The translations under genes and the position numbers were made by a program. This document shows positions 9,787-19,066 of a DNA stretch of 51,277 bases, one piece after another (position 1 is the stretch's first letter; every line of letters starts with the position of its first letter). The DNA is taken from NCBI GenBank assembly GCA_048940445.1, contig JBHLON010000025.1:1-51277 (forward strand). The letters are read 5' to 3'. Source of the stretch: Promethearchaeota archaeon. Its GTDB lineage: Archaea > Asgardarchaeota > Lokiarchaeia > Sigyniarchaeales > SOKP01. The notes beneath the pieces are model-generated. The model searched no databases, was not told the origin of the DNA, and was given only the letters and a program-made list of their open reading frames with translations.

Positions 9787-10836
9787 GTGAAAAGAATGAA
9801 AAAAGGAAATAAATATGGAATACATAGAGTAATTGAACCTGCTGGTAGTTTACCCCAAGCTGCAAATAAACTATCTAATGATATGGAAATATTTGACAAT
9901 GAGATTTTGATTAATGTTGACTATTTAAACATTGACGCTGCTAGCTTTGCACAGATAAAAAGGGTAGCTAATGATGATCTTGCTGTTATTGAAGAAATAA
10001 TATTAGAAATTGTCCAAGAAAAGGGAAAGATGCAAAATCCAGTTACGGGTTCTGGAGGAATGTTAATTGGAAGAGTTGAAGAAATTGGGGATGTTCTTAA
10101 AAATAAAATTGATTTGCAGACTGGAGATAAAATTGCTTCTTTAGTTTCTCTTTCCTTAACACCTCTTAGAATTGATAAAATCATTAATATATATCCAGAA
10201 ATAGATCGTGTTGAAATTGAGGGCAAGGCAATATTATTTGAAAGTGGAATTTATGCTAAATTACCAGATGATATGGAAGATGAATTAGCATTAGCAGTAC
10301 TCGATGTTGCAGGTGCCCCTGCTCAAGTAAAAAAATTAGTAAAAGAAAATGATACAGTACTAATTCTTGGTGCAACTGGTAAGTCTGGTCTTTTATGCTC
10401 ATATATTGCCAAAAAAATGGTGGGAAAAAAGGGAAAAGTAATTGGTCAAGCGAGAAGTACAGCAAGAGCAGGATTTCTTAAATTAACAGAATTTTGTGAT
10501 GAAGTAATAGTTGCCGATGTTTTAAATCCTATTAATATATTGGAAGAAACTTTGAAAGTTAATGACAATCAAGAAGTAGATATCTCATTTAATTGTTTGA
10601 GTATTCCTAACACTGAAATGTCTAGTATATTACCAGTACGAGAAGGTGGGATAGTATACTTTTTTTCAATGGCAACAAATTTTACAAAAGCAGCTCTAGG
10701 AGCTGAAGGTATAGGAAAAGATGTTACAATGGTAATAGGAAACGGTTATACTAAAGGACATGCTCAATTAGCTTTAGATTTACTACGAGAATCTGAAGTT
10801 TTAAGAAAAATATTCGAAGAAAAGTATCTAAAATAG
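9787..10836 (+). CDS. kdd: L-erythro-3,5-diaminohexanoate dehydrogenase
   Basis: YGxHRVIEPxGxLPQ, GKMQNPVTGSGGM, SLVSLSLTPL, LDVAGAPAQ and FFSMATxFTKAALGAEG. Confidence 0.93.
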   Translation: MKRMKKGNKYGIHRVIEPAGSLPQAANKLSNDMEIFDNEILINVDYLNIDAASFAQIKRVANDDLAVIEEIILEIVQEKGKMQNPVTGSGGMLIGRVEEIGDVLKNKIDLQTGDKIASLVSLSLTPLRIDKIINIYPEIDRVEIEGKAILFESGIYAKLPDDMEDELALAVLDVAGAPAQVKKLVKENDTVLILGATGKSGLLCSYIAKKMVGKKGKVIGQARSTARAGFLKLTEFCDEVIVADVLNPINILEETLKVNDNQEVDISFNCLSIPNTEMSSILPVREGGIVYFFSMATNFTKAALGAEGIGKDVTMVIGNGYTKGHAQLALDLLRESEVLRKIFEEKYLK

Positions 10837-10849
10837 TATAAAGGAAAAA

Positions 10850-11857
10850 CTAATATTCTTCATCAAGGTTTACAATATTTAAAGGTTTTTCACCTTTGAT
10901 AAATCTGTTCACATTATAAAGAAATGGTTTAATATCCGTCATTAGTGCATCTGATTGCCAAGCTCTATGAGCAGTCATAACTAAATTCTTTAACTCATGA
11001 AATGGAAATTTAGAGGGATAACATGGCATTGGATCTTGCTTTTCTGCTCCTCTTACCTCTGGATAGTTGTACCACACGTCTAAGGCTGCACCCCTAATTC
11101 GTCTATCTTTTAGTGCTGTATATAATTCTCGTTCATTTATAGTATCACCACGACCTACATTAACAATTATCACAGATTCCTTCATAACATCAAACTCAGG
11201 TGCATCAAGAAAATTTACGGTATTTTTTGTTAAAGGAAGGGTATTAATAATGATATCAGCTTGTCTTATAGCTGCTAACTTCTGATCTGGGGTGTAAATC
11301 TCAACCTCAGGATCTTCGCATGGTTTAGTTCTTTTCACTGCAATAAAGGTCATATTTAATGGTTCACATAACTTTTTAAAGGTTTGTGCTATATTTCCAT
11401 AGCCCAGAAATAAAATTTTTTTCCCAAATAAAGTTATAGAGGGAAACTGTGTATAATCCCAGTTACCTTCTCTTAAAAGTTGGTCATTTGCAATCAATTC
11501 TTTAGAAATTGAAAATAAAAGAGCAAAACCATATTCCGCAATAATTTTAGAATGGTTATGGGAGTTACAAAGAAGAATATTATTTTTCTTATAAAAAGAA
11601 AAATTATAGCCTTCTAAACCTGTAGCAAACGTTTGATGCATTTTTATGTTCTTATATAAATCTAATTCAGATACCTCTATCTTTGGACCAATAAGGACAT
11701 CGATTTCTTTAATTATTTGTACCTTTTCGTCGTTACTAACCTCGTTATAAAAAATTACATCTATATTTGGTCCAAATGATTGTCTAATATTATTTTTAAC
11801 ATCTTCCCTTAAAAGAAGGTTTACTATCTCTAATCTTGGCTTAATTAGAACTTTCAT
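10850..11857 (-). CDS. D-isomer-specific 2-hydroxyacid dehydrogenase family protein
   Basis: GYGNIA, LPLTxxT, VNVGRG, AALDVW and MTAH motifs. Confidence 0.88.
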   Translation of the reverse strand: MKVLIKPRLEIVNLLLREDVKNNIRQSFGPNIDVIFYNEVSNDEKVQIIKEIDVLIGPKIEVSELDLYKNIKMHQTFATGLEGYNFSFYKKNNILLCNSHNHSKIIAEYGFALLFSISKELIANDQLLREGNWDYTQFPSITLFGKKILFLGYGNIAQTFKKLCEPLNMTFIAVKRTKPCEDPEVEIYTPDQKLAAIRQADIIINTLPLTKNTVNFLDAPEFDVMKESVIIVNVGRGDTINERELYTALKDRRIRGAALDVWYNYPEVRGAEKQDPMPCYPSKFPFHELKNLVMTAHRAWQSDALMTDIKPFLYNVNRFIKGEKPLNIVNLDEEY

Positions 11858-12081
11858 ATTAATATTTATGCATGAATTTTAAAAAAAATTTTAGTATCCA
11901 AAATATACAAATTTTTGTTTTATTGATTAGATAACGATTTTGTTCTATCTCTTTAAAAATCTTCTGCATAAAACGCGGGTTAAAAATTCACTATTTAAAA
12001 CTTCAAAAATTGCAAAATTATTTGAACAAACATATTTTTAATAAATTGTTAAGAAATAGAAAAAATTTAGAAATAATCATC

Positions 12082-13320
12082 ATGAAAGTCAATAGAAGAA
12101 ACGAATTATTTGGTGATATAACTGATAAGGAATGGTGTGATTGGCGCTGGCAAGTCAAAAACAGGATTACTACATTAGAAGAACTCAAGAAATATATTAC
12201 ATTAACTAAGGAAGAAGATGATCCCAGAATCTTACAAGAGTATCGGATGGCAATTACTCCTTACTATCTATCTTTAATTGATCCCAACGATCCGTATGAT
12301 CCTGTTAGAAAACAAGCTATTCCAACAATTCATGAGTTAGAAAGATATGTTGGGGATCTTAAAGACCCTTTAAGTGAAGATGCTGATTCTCCTGTTGAAG
12401 GATTAACACATCGCTATCCCGACCGAGTATTATTCTTAGTTACTGAAAATTGCTCAATGTATTGTAGACATTGTACTCGGAGAAGATTTGCTGGTCATCA
12501 TGATAAAGCACCTCCACAATCCCAAATAGATGCATGTATCGAATATATCCAAAAAACTCCTTCAGTTAGGGATGTGTTATTATCCGGAGGCGATGCCTTG
12601 TTAATGTCTGATGAAAAACTAGAACTAATTCTAAAAAAATTAAAAAAAATTCCCCATGTTGAGATAATACGTATAGGATCTAGAGCGCCAGTAACAAATC
12701 CATTCCGCATTACTCCAGAATTGTGTGAAATTTTGAAAAGATATCATCCTATTTGGTTTAATACACATTTCAACCATCCTAATGAAATTACAGAAGATTC
12801 TACAAGAGCTTGTGAAATGCTAGCTGATGCTGGGATACCTCTTGGAAATCAATCTGTCTTATTGAGAGGAATAAACGACTGTATTCATATCATGAAAAAA
12901 TTAGTCCACGAATTAGTAAAGATAAGAGTCAGGCCGTACTACATATACCAGTGTGATCTTTCAATGGGATTAGGACATTTCAGAACAAGTGTTGCACAAG
13001 GAATTGAAATAATTGAAGGTTTAAGAGGACATACCTCTGGTCTCTGTGTTCCTACATTTGTAGTAGATGCCCCTGGAGGGGGTGGGAAAATACCGGTTAT
13101 GCCAGATTACACAATTTCTCAAGGACACAAACGAGTAGTACTAAGAAATTTCGAAGGCGTAATTACAACTTATGATGAACCTGTAGATTATCATCCTAAT
13201 TGTCATTGCGAAGATTGTGAAAAGCAAATTGGAGTTAGTGCTTTATTAAGTGGTCAAAAAAGGACAATTGAGCCTGGAGATTTGATGAGAAAGTTAAGAC
13301 GGAAAAAGGTCACTAAATAA
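12082..13320 (+). CDS. kamA: Lysine 2,3-aminomutase (radical SAM, PLP)
   Basis: [16 protein letters not shown] (CxxxCxxC), [22 protein letters not shown] (PLP Lys) and C-terminal CHCEDC zinc ligands. Likely ATG at 12082. Confidence 0.96.
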   Translation: MKVNRRNELFGDITDKEWCDWRWQVKNRITTLEELKKYITLTKEEDDPRILQEYRMAITPYYLSLIDPNDPYDPVRKQAIPTIHELERYVGDLKDPLSEDADSPVEGLTHRYPDRVLFLVTENCSMYCRHCTRRRFAGHHDKAPPQSQIDACIEYIQKTPSVRDVLLSGGDALLMSDEKLELILKKLKKIPHVEIIRIGSRAPVTNPFRITPELCEILKRYHPIWFNTHFNHPNEITEDSTRACEMLADAGIPLGNQSVLLRGINDCIHIMKKLVHELVKIRVRPYYIYQCDLSMGLGHFRTSVAQGIEIIEGLRGHTSGLCVPTFVVDAPGGGGKIPVMPDYTISQGHKRVVLRNFEGVITTYDEPVDYHPNCHCEDCEKQIGVSALLSGQKRTIEPGDLMRKLRRKKVTK

Positions 13321-13389
13321 TTCTAAAATAAGAAAAGTTGATTTTAACTTTTCAGATATTATTTTATATCTAATAGTTTTGGCGAGAAT

Positions 13390-14418
13390 ATGGAACCTAT
13401 TACCAAATTTATTGATAGCATTACTAAATATTCTATAATTTCAATAATAGGTCTCGCTAAAAATGTAAGTAAAACTACAACATTGAACCATTTAATAAAG
13501 AATTTGAAAGGACATAAACTAGGTTTGACATCTATAGGAAGGGATGGAGAGGAATACGATGTAATTACAAACCTTCCAAAACCTCGAATCTATGCTGAAA
13601 AAGGCACCTACTTTGCAACTGCTCAACAAAGTATAGAGAATAGTGATATAAAATTTGAAATCATTAAAAACACGGGAATAAGCACTCCTATGGGTGAGGT
13701 CTTAATTTTAAGAGCACAAAAATCTGGTTTAATTGAACTCGCAGGTCCTTCGATTAGTACCCAATTACCTCCAATATGCAAGGAACTAAAAAGTCTTGGA
13801 TGTGAAATAATTCTTATCGATGGAGCATTTGATAGGCGAGCCTATGCTACACCTTTGATATCAGAGGCCACTATAATCTCAACCGGAGCATCAGTATCAG
13901 AAGATATGAAGAAAGTTGTTGACATGACAATATTTACTCTAGAATTGTTAACACTTCAAAATGAGACTAATCATGAAATCTTAACATTAGCAAAAAAGAT
14001 TATTGCAGACAATAATGTCGGAATTATAAACAAGGATTATTCTGTTAAAAAGTTGGATTTACAAACTGCTTTAGATGCAGCAGAAAAAATTAAAGAAAAT
14101 TTAGATATAAATTCAAAATATATTGTAATTAAGGGAGCTTTAACCGACAAATTATTAGAAGATTTAATGAGGATAACAAATAAGTATAAGAATCTAACAT
14201 TCTTGGTTGAAGATGGAACCAGGTTATTTTTAAGTAAGAATATATTCAATAGATTTCATAAGAAAGGAGGGTTCATAAAAGTATTGAATCCAATAAACGT
14301 TATTGCGATAACTATCAATCCAATTTCTCCAGATGGATTGAATTTTAATGAAGAAAAATTTTTAAAACTGTTCGAAGAAAAAGTTAAAGTTCCTGTTTAT
14401 AATCTTGGACCAAGTTAA
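13390..14418 (+). CDS. kamB: KamB-like lysine 5,6-aminomutase reactivase subunit
   Basis: P-loop-like GLAKNVSKTT, LTSIGRDGE and IDGAxDR; position between kamA and kamD as in clostridial/fusobacterial clusters. Confidence 0.7.
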   Translation: MEPITKFIDSITKYSIISIIGLAKNVSKTTTLNHLIKNLKGHKLGLTSIGRDGEEYDVITNLPKPRIYAEKGTYFATAQQSIENSDIKFEIIKNTGISTPMGEVLILRAQKSGLIELAGPSISTQLPPICKELKSLGCEIILIDGAFDRRAYATPLISEATIISTGASVSEDMKKVVDMTIFTLELLTLQNETNHEILTLAKKIIADNNVGIINKDYSVKKLDLQTALDAAEKIKENLDINSKYIVIKGALTDKLLEDLMRITNKYKNLTFLVEDGTRLFLSKNIFNRFHKKGGFIKVLNPINVIAITINPISPDGLNFNEEKFLKLFEEKVKVPVYNLGPS

Positions 14419-14465
14419 CTCAATTAATTTAATTAAACATTTGAAAAAATAGAGGAAAACTCGAA

Positions 14466-16037
14466 ATGGTTATGAGTAAATTAAATATTGACTTCAATAT
14501 TGTAGAAAAATCAAGAGATAAAGCCAAAAAAATAGCATTAGATACCCAAAAATTTATTGATCAACATACTACAACCACTATTGAGAGAACTGTTTGCAGA
14601 TTAATGGGCATAGATGGAGTCGATGATTTTGGAGTACCTTATCCAAATATTGTTATTGATAATATTAATAAGAAAGACAAACTTGGAACTGGGGTCTCTC
14701 TATTAATTGGAAATGCTATGATACATACTGGTCAAAATCCCCAAAAAATAGCGGAACAAATTGCAAATGAGAATTTGGATCTTTTAACTTTAGAACTTAA
14801 TGATCTAAATAAAATAAAGAAAACAATTCAACCTATAGTTAAAGGAGCACTTGGAAAGATAAAACAAAATAAAAAAAATAGGAATGAACTGCTTAAAAGA
14901 TATGGCGATAAAGAAGGGCCTTATATCTATGTAATCGTGGCAACTGGAAATATTTATGAAGATATAGTCCAAGCAAAAGCTGCAGCAAGACAAGGTGCAG
15001 ATATAATAGCGGTCATTAGGTCCACTGGTCAAAGTCTTCTAGATTACGTACCTTATGGTCCAACTACAGAAGGATATGGAGGAACTTTTGCAACTCAAGA
15101 AAATTTTAGACTTATGAGACAGGCTTTAGATGAAGTGAGTGAAGAATTAAAAAGATATATTAGATTAACTAACTATTGTTCTGGATTATGTATGCCCGAG
15201 ATAGCAGTCATGGGTGCTTTCGAACGATTAGACGTCATGTTAAATGATGCACTTTATGGAATACTCTTTAGAGACATAAATATGCAGAGGACGATAATCG
15301 ATCAATACTTTTCAAGAATGATTAATGCCTATGCTGGAGTAATAATCAATACTGGCGAAGATAATTATCTTACTACTGCCGATGCATATGAAGCAGCCCA
15401 TACTGTTTTAGCTTCTCAATTTATTAATGAACAATTCGCCTTCCTTGCTGGATTGAGAGAAGAACAAATGGGATTAGGTCATGCTTTTGAAATGAATCCA
15501 GATTTAGAAAATGGCTTTTTATTTGAATTAGCTCAAGCAGAAATGGCTCGAGAAATCTTTCCAAACTCTCCATTAAAATATATGCCCCCAACAAAATTTA
15601 TGTCTGGAAATATATTCAAGGGCCACATCCAAGATGCCTTATTCAATATTATTACGATTATGACAAATCAAAAGATACATTTGTTAGGAATGTTAACAGA
15701 AGCAATTCACACGCCTTTTATGTCAGATAGAGCATTATCTATTGAAAATGCGCAATATATATTTAATAATCTGAGGTCAATAAGTGAAGAGATCACATTT
15801 AAGAAAGGAGGTATAATAGAAAAAAGAGCTAATTTTGTTTTGAGAGGAGCATTTCAATTATTATTAGAGATTGAGAAAGAAGGATTATTTAATACAATTG
15901 AAAAAGGAATTTTTGCAAATATTAAGAGAGAAAAAGATGCAGGAAAGGGTTTAGAGGGTGTAGTGAAAAAGGAGAAAAACTATTTTAATCCATTTTTAGA
16001 AGTTATGAAAAAAGAATTAAGTGTTGGTGAAATCTAA
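14466..16037 (+). CDS. kamD: Lysine 5,6-aminomutase alpha subunit
   Basis: YVIVATGNIYED, RSTGQSLLDYVP, NYCSGLCMPEIA, NTGEDNY, KYMPPTK and EAIHTP. Confidence 0.96.
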   Translation: MVMSKLNIDFNIVEKSRDKAKKIALDTQKFIDQHTTTTIERTVCRLMGIDGVDDFGVPYPNIVIDNINKKDKLGTGVSLLIGNAMIHTGQNPQKIAEQIANENLDLLTLELNDLNKIKKTIQPIVKGALGKIKQNKKNRNELLKRYGDKEGPYIYVIVATGNIYEDIVQAKAAARQGADIIAVIRSTGQSLLDYVPYGPTTEGYGGTFATQENFRLMRQALDEVSEELKRYIRLTNYCSGLCMPEIAVMGAFERLDVMLNDALYGILFRDINMQRTIIDQYFSRMINAYAGVIINTGEDNYLTTADAYEAAHTVLASQFINEQFAFLAGLREEQMGLGHAFEMNPDLENGFLFELAQAEMAREIFPNSPLKYMPPTKFMSGNIFKGHIQDALFNIITIMTNQKIHLLGMLTEAIHTPFMSDRALSIENAQYIFNNLRSISEEITFKKGGIIEKRANFVLRGAFQLLLEIEKEGLFNTIEKGIFANIKREKDAGKGLEGVVKKEKNYFNPFLEVMKKELSVGEI

Positions 16038-16798
16038 TGGAATTAAATAAAACTATAGATTATAGAAGTGTAAAACCATATGGTGATACCCTTAATGATG
16101 GTAAAATTCAAGTCAGTTTTACACTCCCCCTGAATGATGGGGAAAAAGCAATTGTTGCTGCTAAAAATATAGCTGAAAAATTAGGTTTGGAAGATCCTGA
16201 TGTAGTTTATCATAAAAGTCTAGATATTGGGTTTACATTTTTCATTGTATATGGTCAAGTAAATTTCTCTATTGACTATACAAAAATCAAAATTAGATCT
16301 GTGGAAGTCGAGAAAATGAAGATTAAGGAAATTAATGATTATATTCGTTCCAACATTAAGCGAAAAGTTATAGTACTTGGAGCAACTACTGGCACCGATG
16401 CCCACACCGTTGGAATATCAGCAATAATCTCAATGAAGGGATATGCAGGACATAAGGGGCTTGAGAGTTTTGAAATGATAAATGCTTATTATATGGGAAG
16501 CCAAATATCAAATGAGGAATTCATAAAAAAGGCAATTGAGATGAAAGCAGATGTACTCCTTGTCTCCCAAACAGTTACCCAAAAAGGTATTCATATAAAG
16601 AATTTAACTAATTTAGTAGAATTATTAGAAGCAGAAGGAATAAGAGAGAGAATTATTCTTATTTGTGGAGGGCCTAGAATAAGTAATGAATTAGCAAAAG
16701 AGCTTGGTTATGATGCAGGATTTGGTCCAGGGACTAATGCAGAAATTGTTGCATCTTATTTTATAAAAGAGCTTGTTAATCGGGAACGATTATATTAA
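16037..16798 (+). CDS. kamE: Lysine 5,6-aminomutase beta subunit (cobalamin-binding)
   Basis: KPYGDTLNDGxxQxSFTLP; DAHTVG (DxHxxG); MKGYAGHxGLE (PLP Lys); overlaps the kamD stop by 1 nt. Confidence 0.96.
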   Translation: MELNKTIDYRSVKPYGDTLNDGKIQVSFTLPLNDGEKAIVAAKNIAEKLGLEDPDVVYHKSLDIGFTFFIVYGQVNFSIDYTKIKIRSVEVEKMKIKEINDYIRSNIKRKVIVLGATTGTDAHTVGISAIISMKGYAGHKGLESFEMINAYYMGSQISNEEFIKKAIEMKADVLLVSQTVTQKGIHIKNLTNLVELLEAEGIRERIILICGGPRISNELAKELGYDAGFGPGTNAEIVASYFIKELVNRERLY

Positions 16799-16820
16799 TG
16801 ATTGTCAGGAGTGAATCTAG

Positions 16821-18413
16821 TTGGCACAGAAATTCGATTGGAAATTTCCTTTTTCATCAAAAAGAATGCCTATTTTAGCAGAAAATTTAGTAGCTACTTC
16901 TCAACCCCTTGCATGCCAAGCCGGGTTAAAGATGCTTCAAAGTGGAGGAAATGCGGTAGATGCAGCTATAGCAACAGCAATTGCATTAACTGTAGTGGAA
17001 CCTGTAAATAATGGAATCGGTAGTGATGCTTTTGCGATATTATGGGATGGTAGAGAGTTAATTGGTTTGAATGCTTCAGGAAAATCACCGTCAAATTGGA
17101 CTTTCGAACACTTTTCACGCTATAAAGCTATGCCACAATTAGGATGGGATTCTGTGACAGTTCCTGGAGCTGTTTCGGCTTGGGTTTCCCTTTCAGAAAG
17201 ATTCGGAAAATTACCTTTCAAAACATTATTTGAACCAGCTATAAAATATGCTGAATGTGGGTTTTTAATATCTCCTATAATTGCTGAGGTTTGGAAGTTG
17301 CAATCCCTGATGTATAAAAAAAGAAAATTTCCAGTGTTTTGGAGTACGTTTATGCCTAATAATCGAGCACCACAGGCAGGAGAACTATTAAAATTACCAC
17401 ATCATGCTAAAACCCTTAGACTTATTGCAGAAACACAAGGAGAGGCGTTCTATAACGGCATTCTAGCAAAAAAAATAGTTAATTATGCCGAAGAAACTGG
17501 AGGATTAATTAGTTTGGAAGATTTAGAGAATCATCAAGCTACTTGGGAAAAACCAATCTCGCTTGTATTCAACGGTATAAACTTATATGAAATCCCCCCT
17601 AATGGTCAAGGTATAACCGCTTTAATCATGTTGGGTATTCTTAAGCAATTTAATTTAAATTCTTATAGGCCTGATTCTATAGAGTCTTTACATCTACAAA
17701 TTGAAGCTATGAAGTTAGCGTTTTCTGATACCAATCGCTACTTATCTGATATAAATACTATGGAATTTGATCCTACGCAGTTAATAAAAGAATCATACTT
17801 GAATGAAAGAGCAAGTCTTATTAATCTAAATTATGCTCAGAAATTCGAATATGGATTCCCCCAAAATGAGGATACTGTGTATCTTACTACAGCAGATTCT
17901 AATGGAATGATGGTATCTTATATTCAATCGAATTTTTGGGGATTTGGATCCGGAATTGTGATACCCAATTCAGGAATAAGTCTTCAAAACAGAGGTTGCG
18001 GATTCTCTTTAGTTAAAGGGCATCCAAATCAAGTCGCTCCTAATAAAAAACCTTTTCATACGATAATTCCTGCTTTTGTTACAAAAAAGGGAAAACCTTT
18101 AATGAGTTTCGGTGTAATGGGAGGGCAATTCCAACCTCAAGGACACGCACAAATGATGATTAGGATTTTTGAGTATGGACAAAACCCACAAGCTGCTCTT
18201 GATGCACCAAGATGGAGAGTAATGCAAGGCCTTAAAGTTAATGTTGAGAATGAATATGAAGAGACTATAATTAAAGGATTAACTCAATTAGGTCATAGTA
18301 TTTCCAAAACACACTTCTTTGATTTTGGTGGAGGGCAAATCATTTATAAGTTAGATGATGGATATTTAGGCGCCTCAGATAAAAGAAAAGATGGTCAAGT
18401 AGTAGGATTTTGA
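16821..18413 (+). CDS. Gamma-glutamyltransferase family protein (Ntn hydrolase)
   Basis: GGNAVDAAIA, TVPGA, PPNGQG, processing-site DTVYL, PFHTIIP, GVMGGxxQPQGH and SDxRKDG; TTG start after AGGAG. Confidence 0.92.
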   Translation: MAQKFDWKFPFSSKRMPILAENLVATSQPLACQAGLKMLQSGGNAVDAAIATAIALTVVEPVNNGIGSDAFAILWDGRELIGLNASGKSPSNWTFEHFSRYKAMPQLGWDSVTVPGAVSAWVSLSERFGKLPFKTLFEPAIKYAECGFLISPIIAEVWKLQSLMYKKRKFPVFWSTFMPNNRAPQAGELLKLPHHAKTLRLIAETQGEAFYNGILAKKIVNYAEETGGLISLEDLENHQATWEKPISLVFNGINLYEIPPNGQGITALIMLGILKQFNLNSYRPDSIESLHLQIEAMKLAFSDTNRYLSDINTMEFDPTQLIKESYLNERASLINLNYAQKFEYGFPQNEDTVYLTTADSNGMMVSYIQSNFWGFGSGIVIPNSGISLQNRGCGFSLVKGHPNQVAPNKKPFHTIIPAFVTKKGKPLMSFGVMGGQFQPQGHAQMMIRIFEYGQNPQAALDAPRWRVMQGLKVNVENEYEETIIKGLTQLGHSISKTHFFDFGGGQIIYKLDDGYLGASDKRKDGQVVGF

Positions 18414-18437
18414 TTTTAATATCCTCTCTATAGTTAT

Positions 18438-18983
18438 TTAATTTGTTAACTTGATACCTAAATTATATGCTTCTTCTAATTTATCTTTAAGTTTTTCAAT
18501 AGGAATATCTTTTTGGCTACTTGGATCATAAGTCTGACATATGATAAAGTCTAATCGAATGTCAAAAAAAGGAGCTATTCGTTCAAAGAATGCAGCAGTG
18601 GATTCAAAATGATGCCGATAAGTGATTATAACTACAAAATGTTTATGATAAAAATGCTCCCATGCAAGCGCTTCCATTCTATCCATTACTGTCTTTAATT
18701 GAGCAGTCATATAACCCCAATACATAGGTGTTGCAAATACAATAATATCTGCATCAATGTATGAGCTATAAATCTCCTGCATATCATCTTGAATAGCGCA
18801 TCTATGATTAATAGAAGTTGCGCAAGTTAAACATCCTTGACAGGGGCTTATATTCAGATCATTTAAATAGAAATGTTTTATTTGATGATCCTTATTTTTG
18901 TTCACTCCATTAATGAGATATTTTACTAACGTATCTGAATTTTTATTTTTTCTCGGACTCCCATGAAGAATTATAATATTCAA
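18438..18983 (-). CDS. Flavodoxin-like / iron-sulfur flavoprotein (NADPH-dependent FMN reductase family)
   Basis: GSPRK, CxxCxxC...C, DDM and ATPMYW..QLKxxMDR. Confidence 0.88.
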   Translation of the reverse strand: MNIIILHGSPRKNKNSDTLVKYLINGVNKNKDHQIKHFYLNDLNISPCQGCLTCATSINHRCAIQDDMQEIYSSYIDADIIVFATPMYWGYMTAQLKTVMDRMEALAWEHFYHKHFVVIITYRHHFESTAAFFERIAPFFDIRLDFIICQTYDPSSQKDIPIEKLKDKLEEAYNLGIKLTN

Positions 18984-19066
18984 TCGTAATGCCCTCCAAT
19001 GTTACTATTTTTTTAATATTGACAGAAAGAGTAGAAAACTTATTAAGTTTAAGTCAATAAAAAGTG

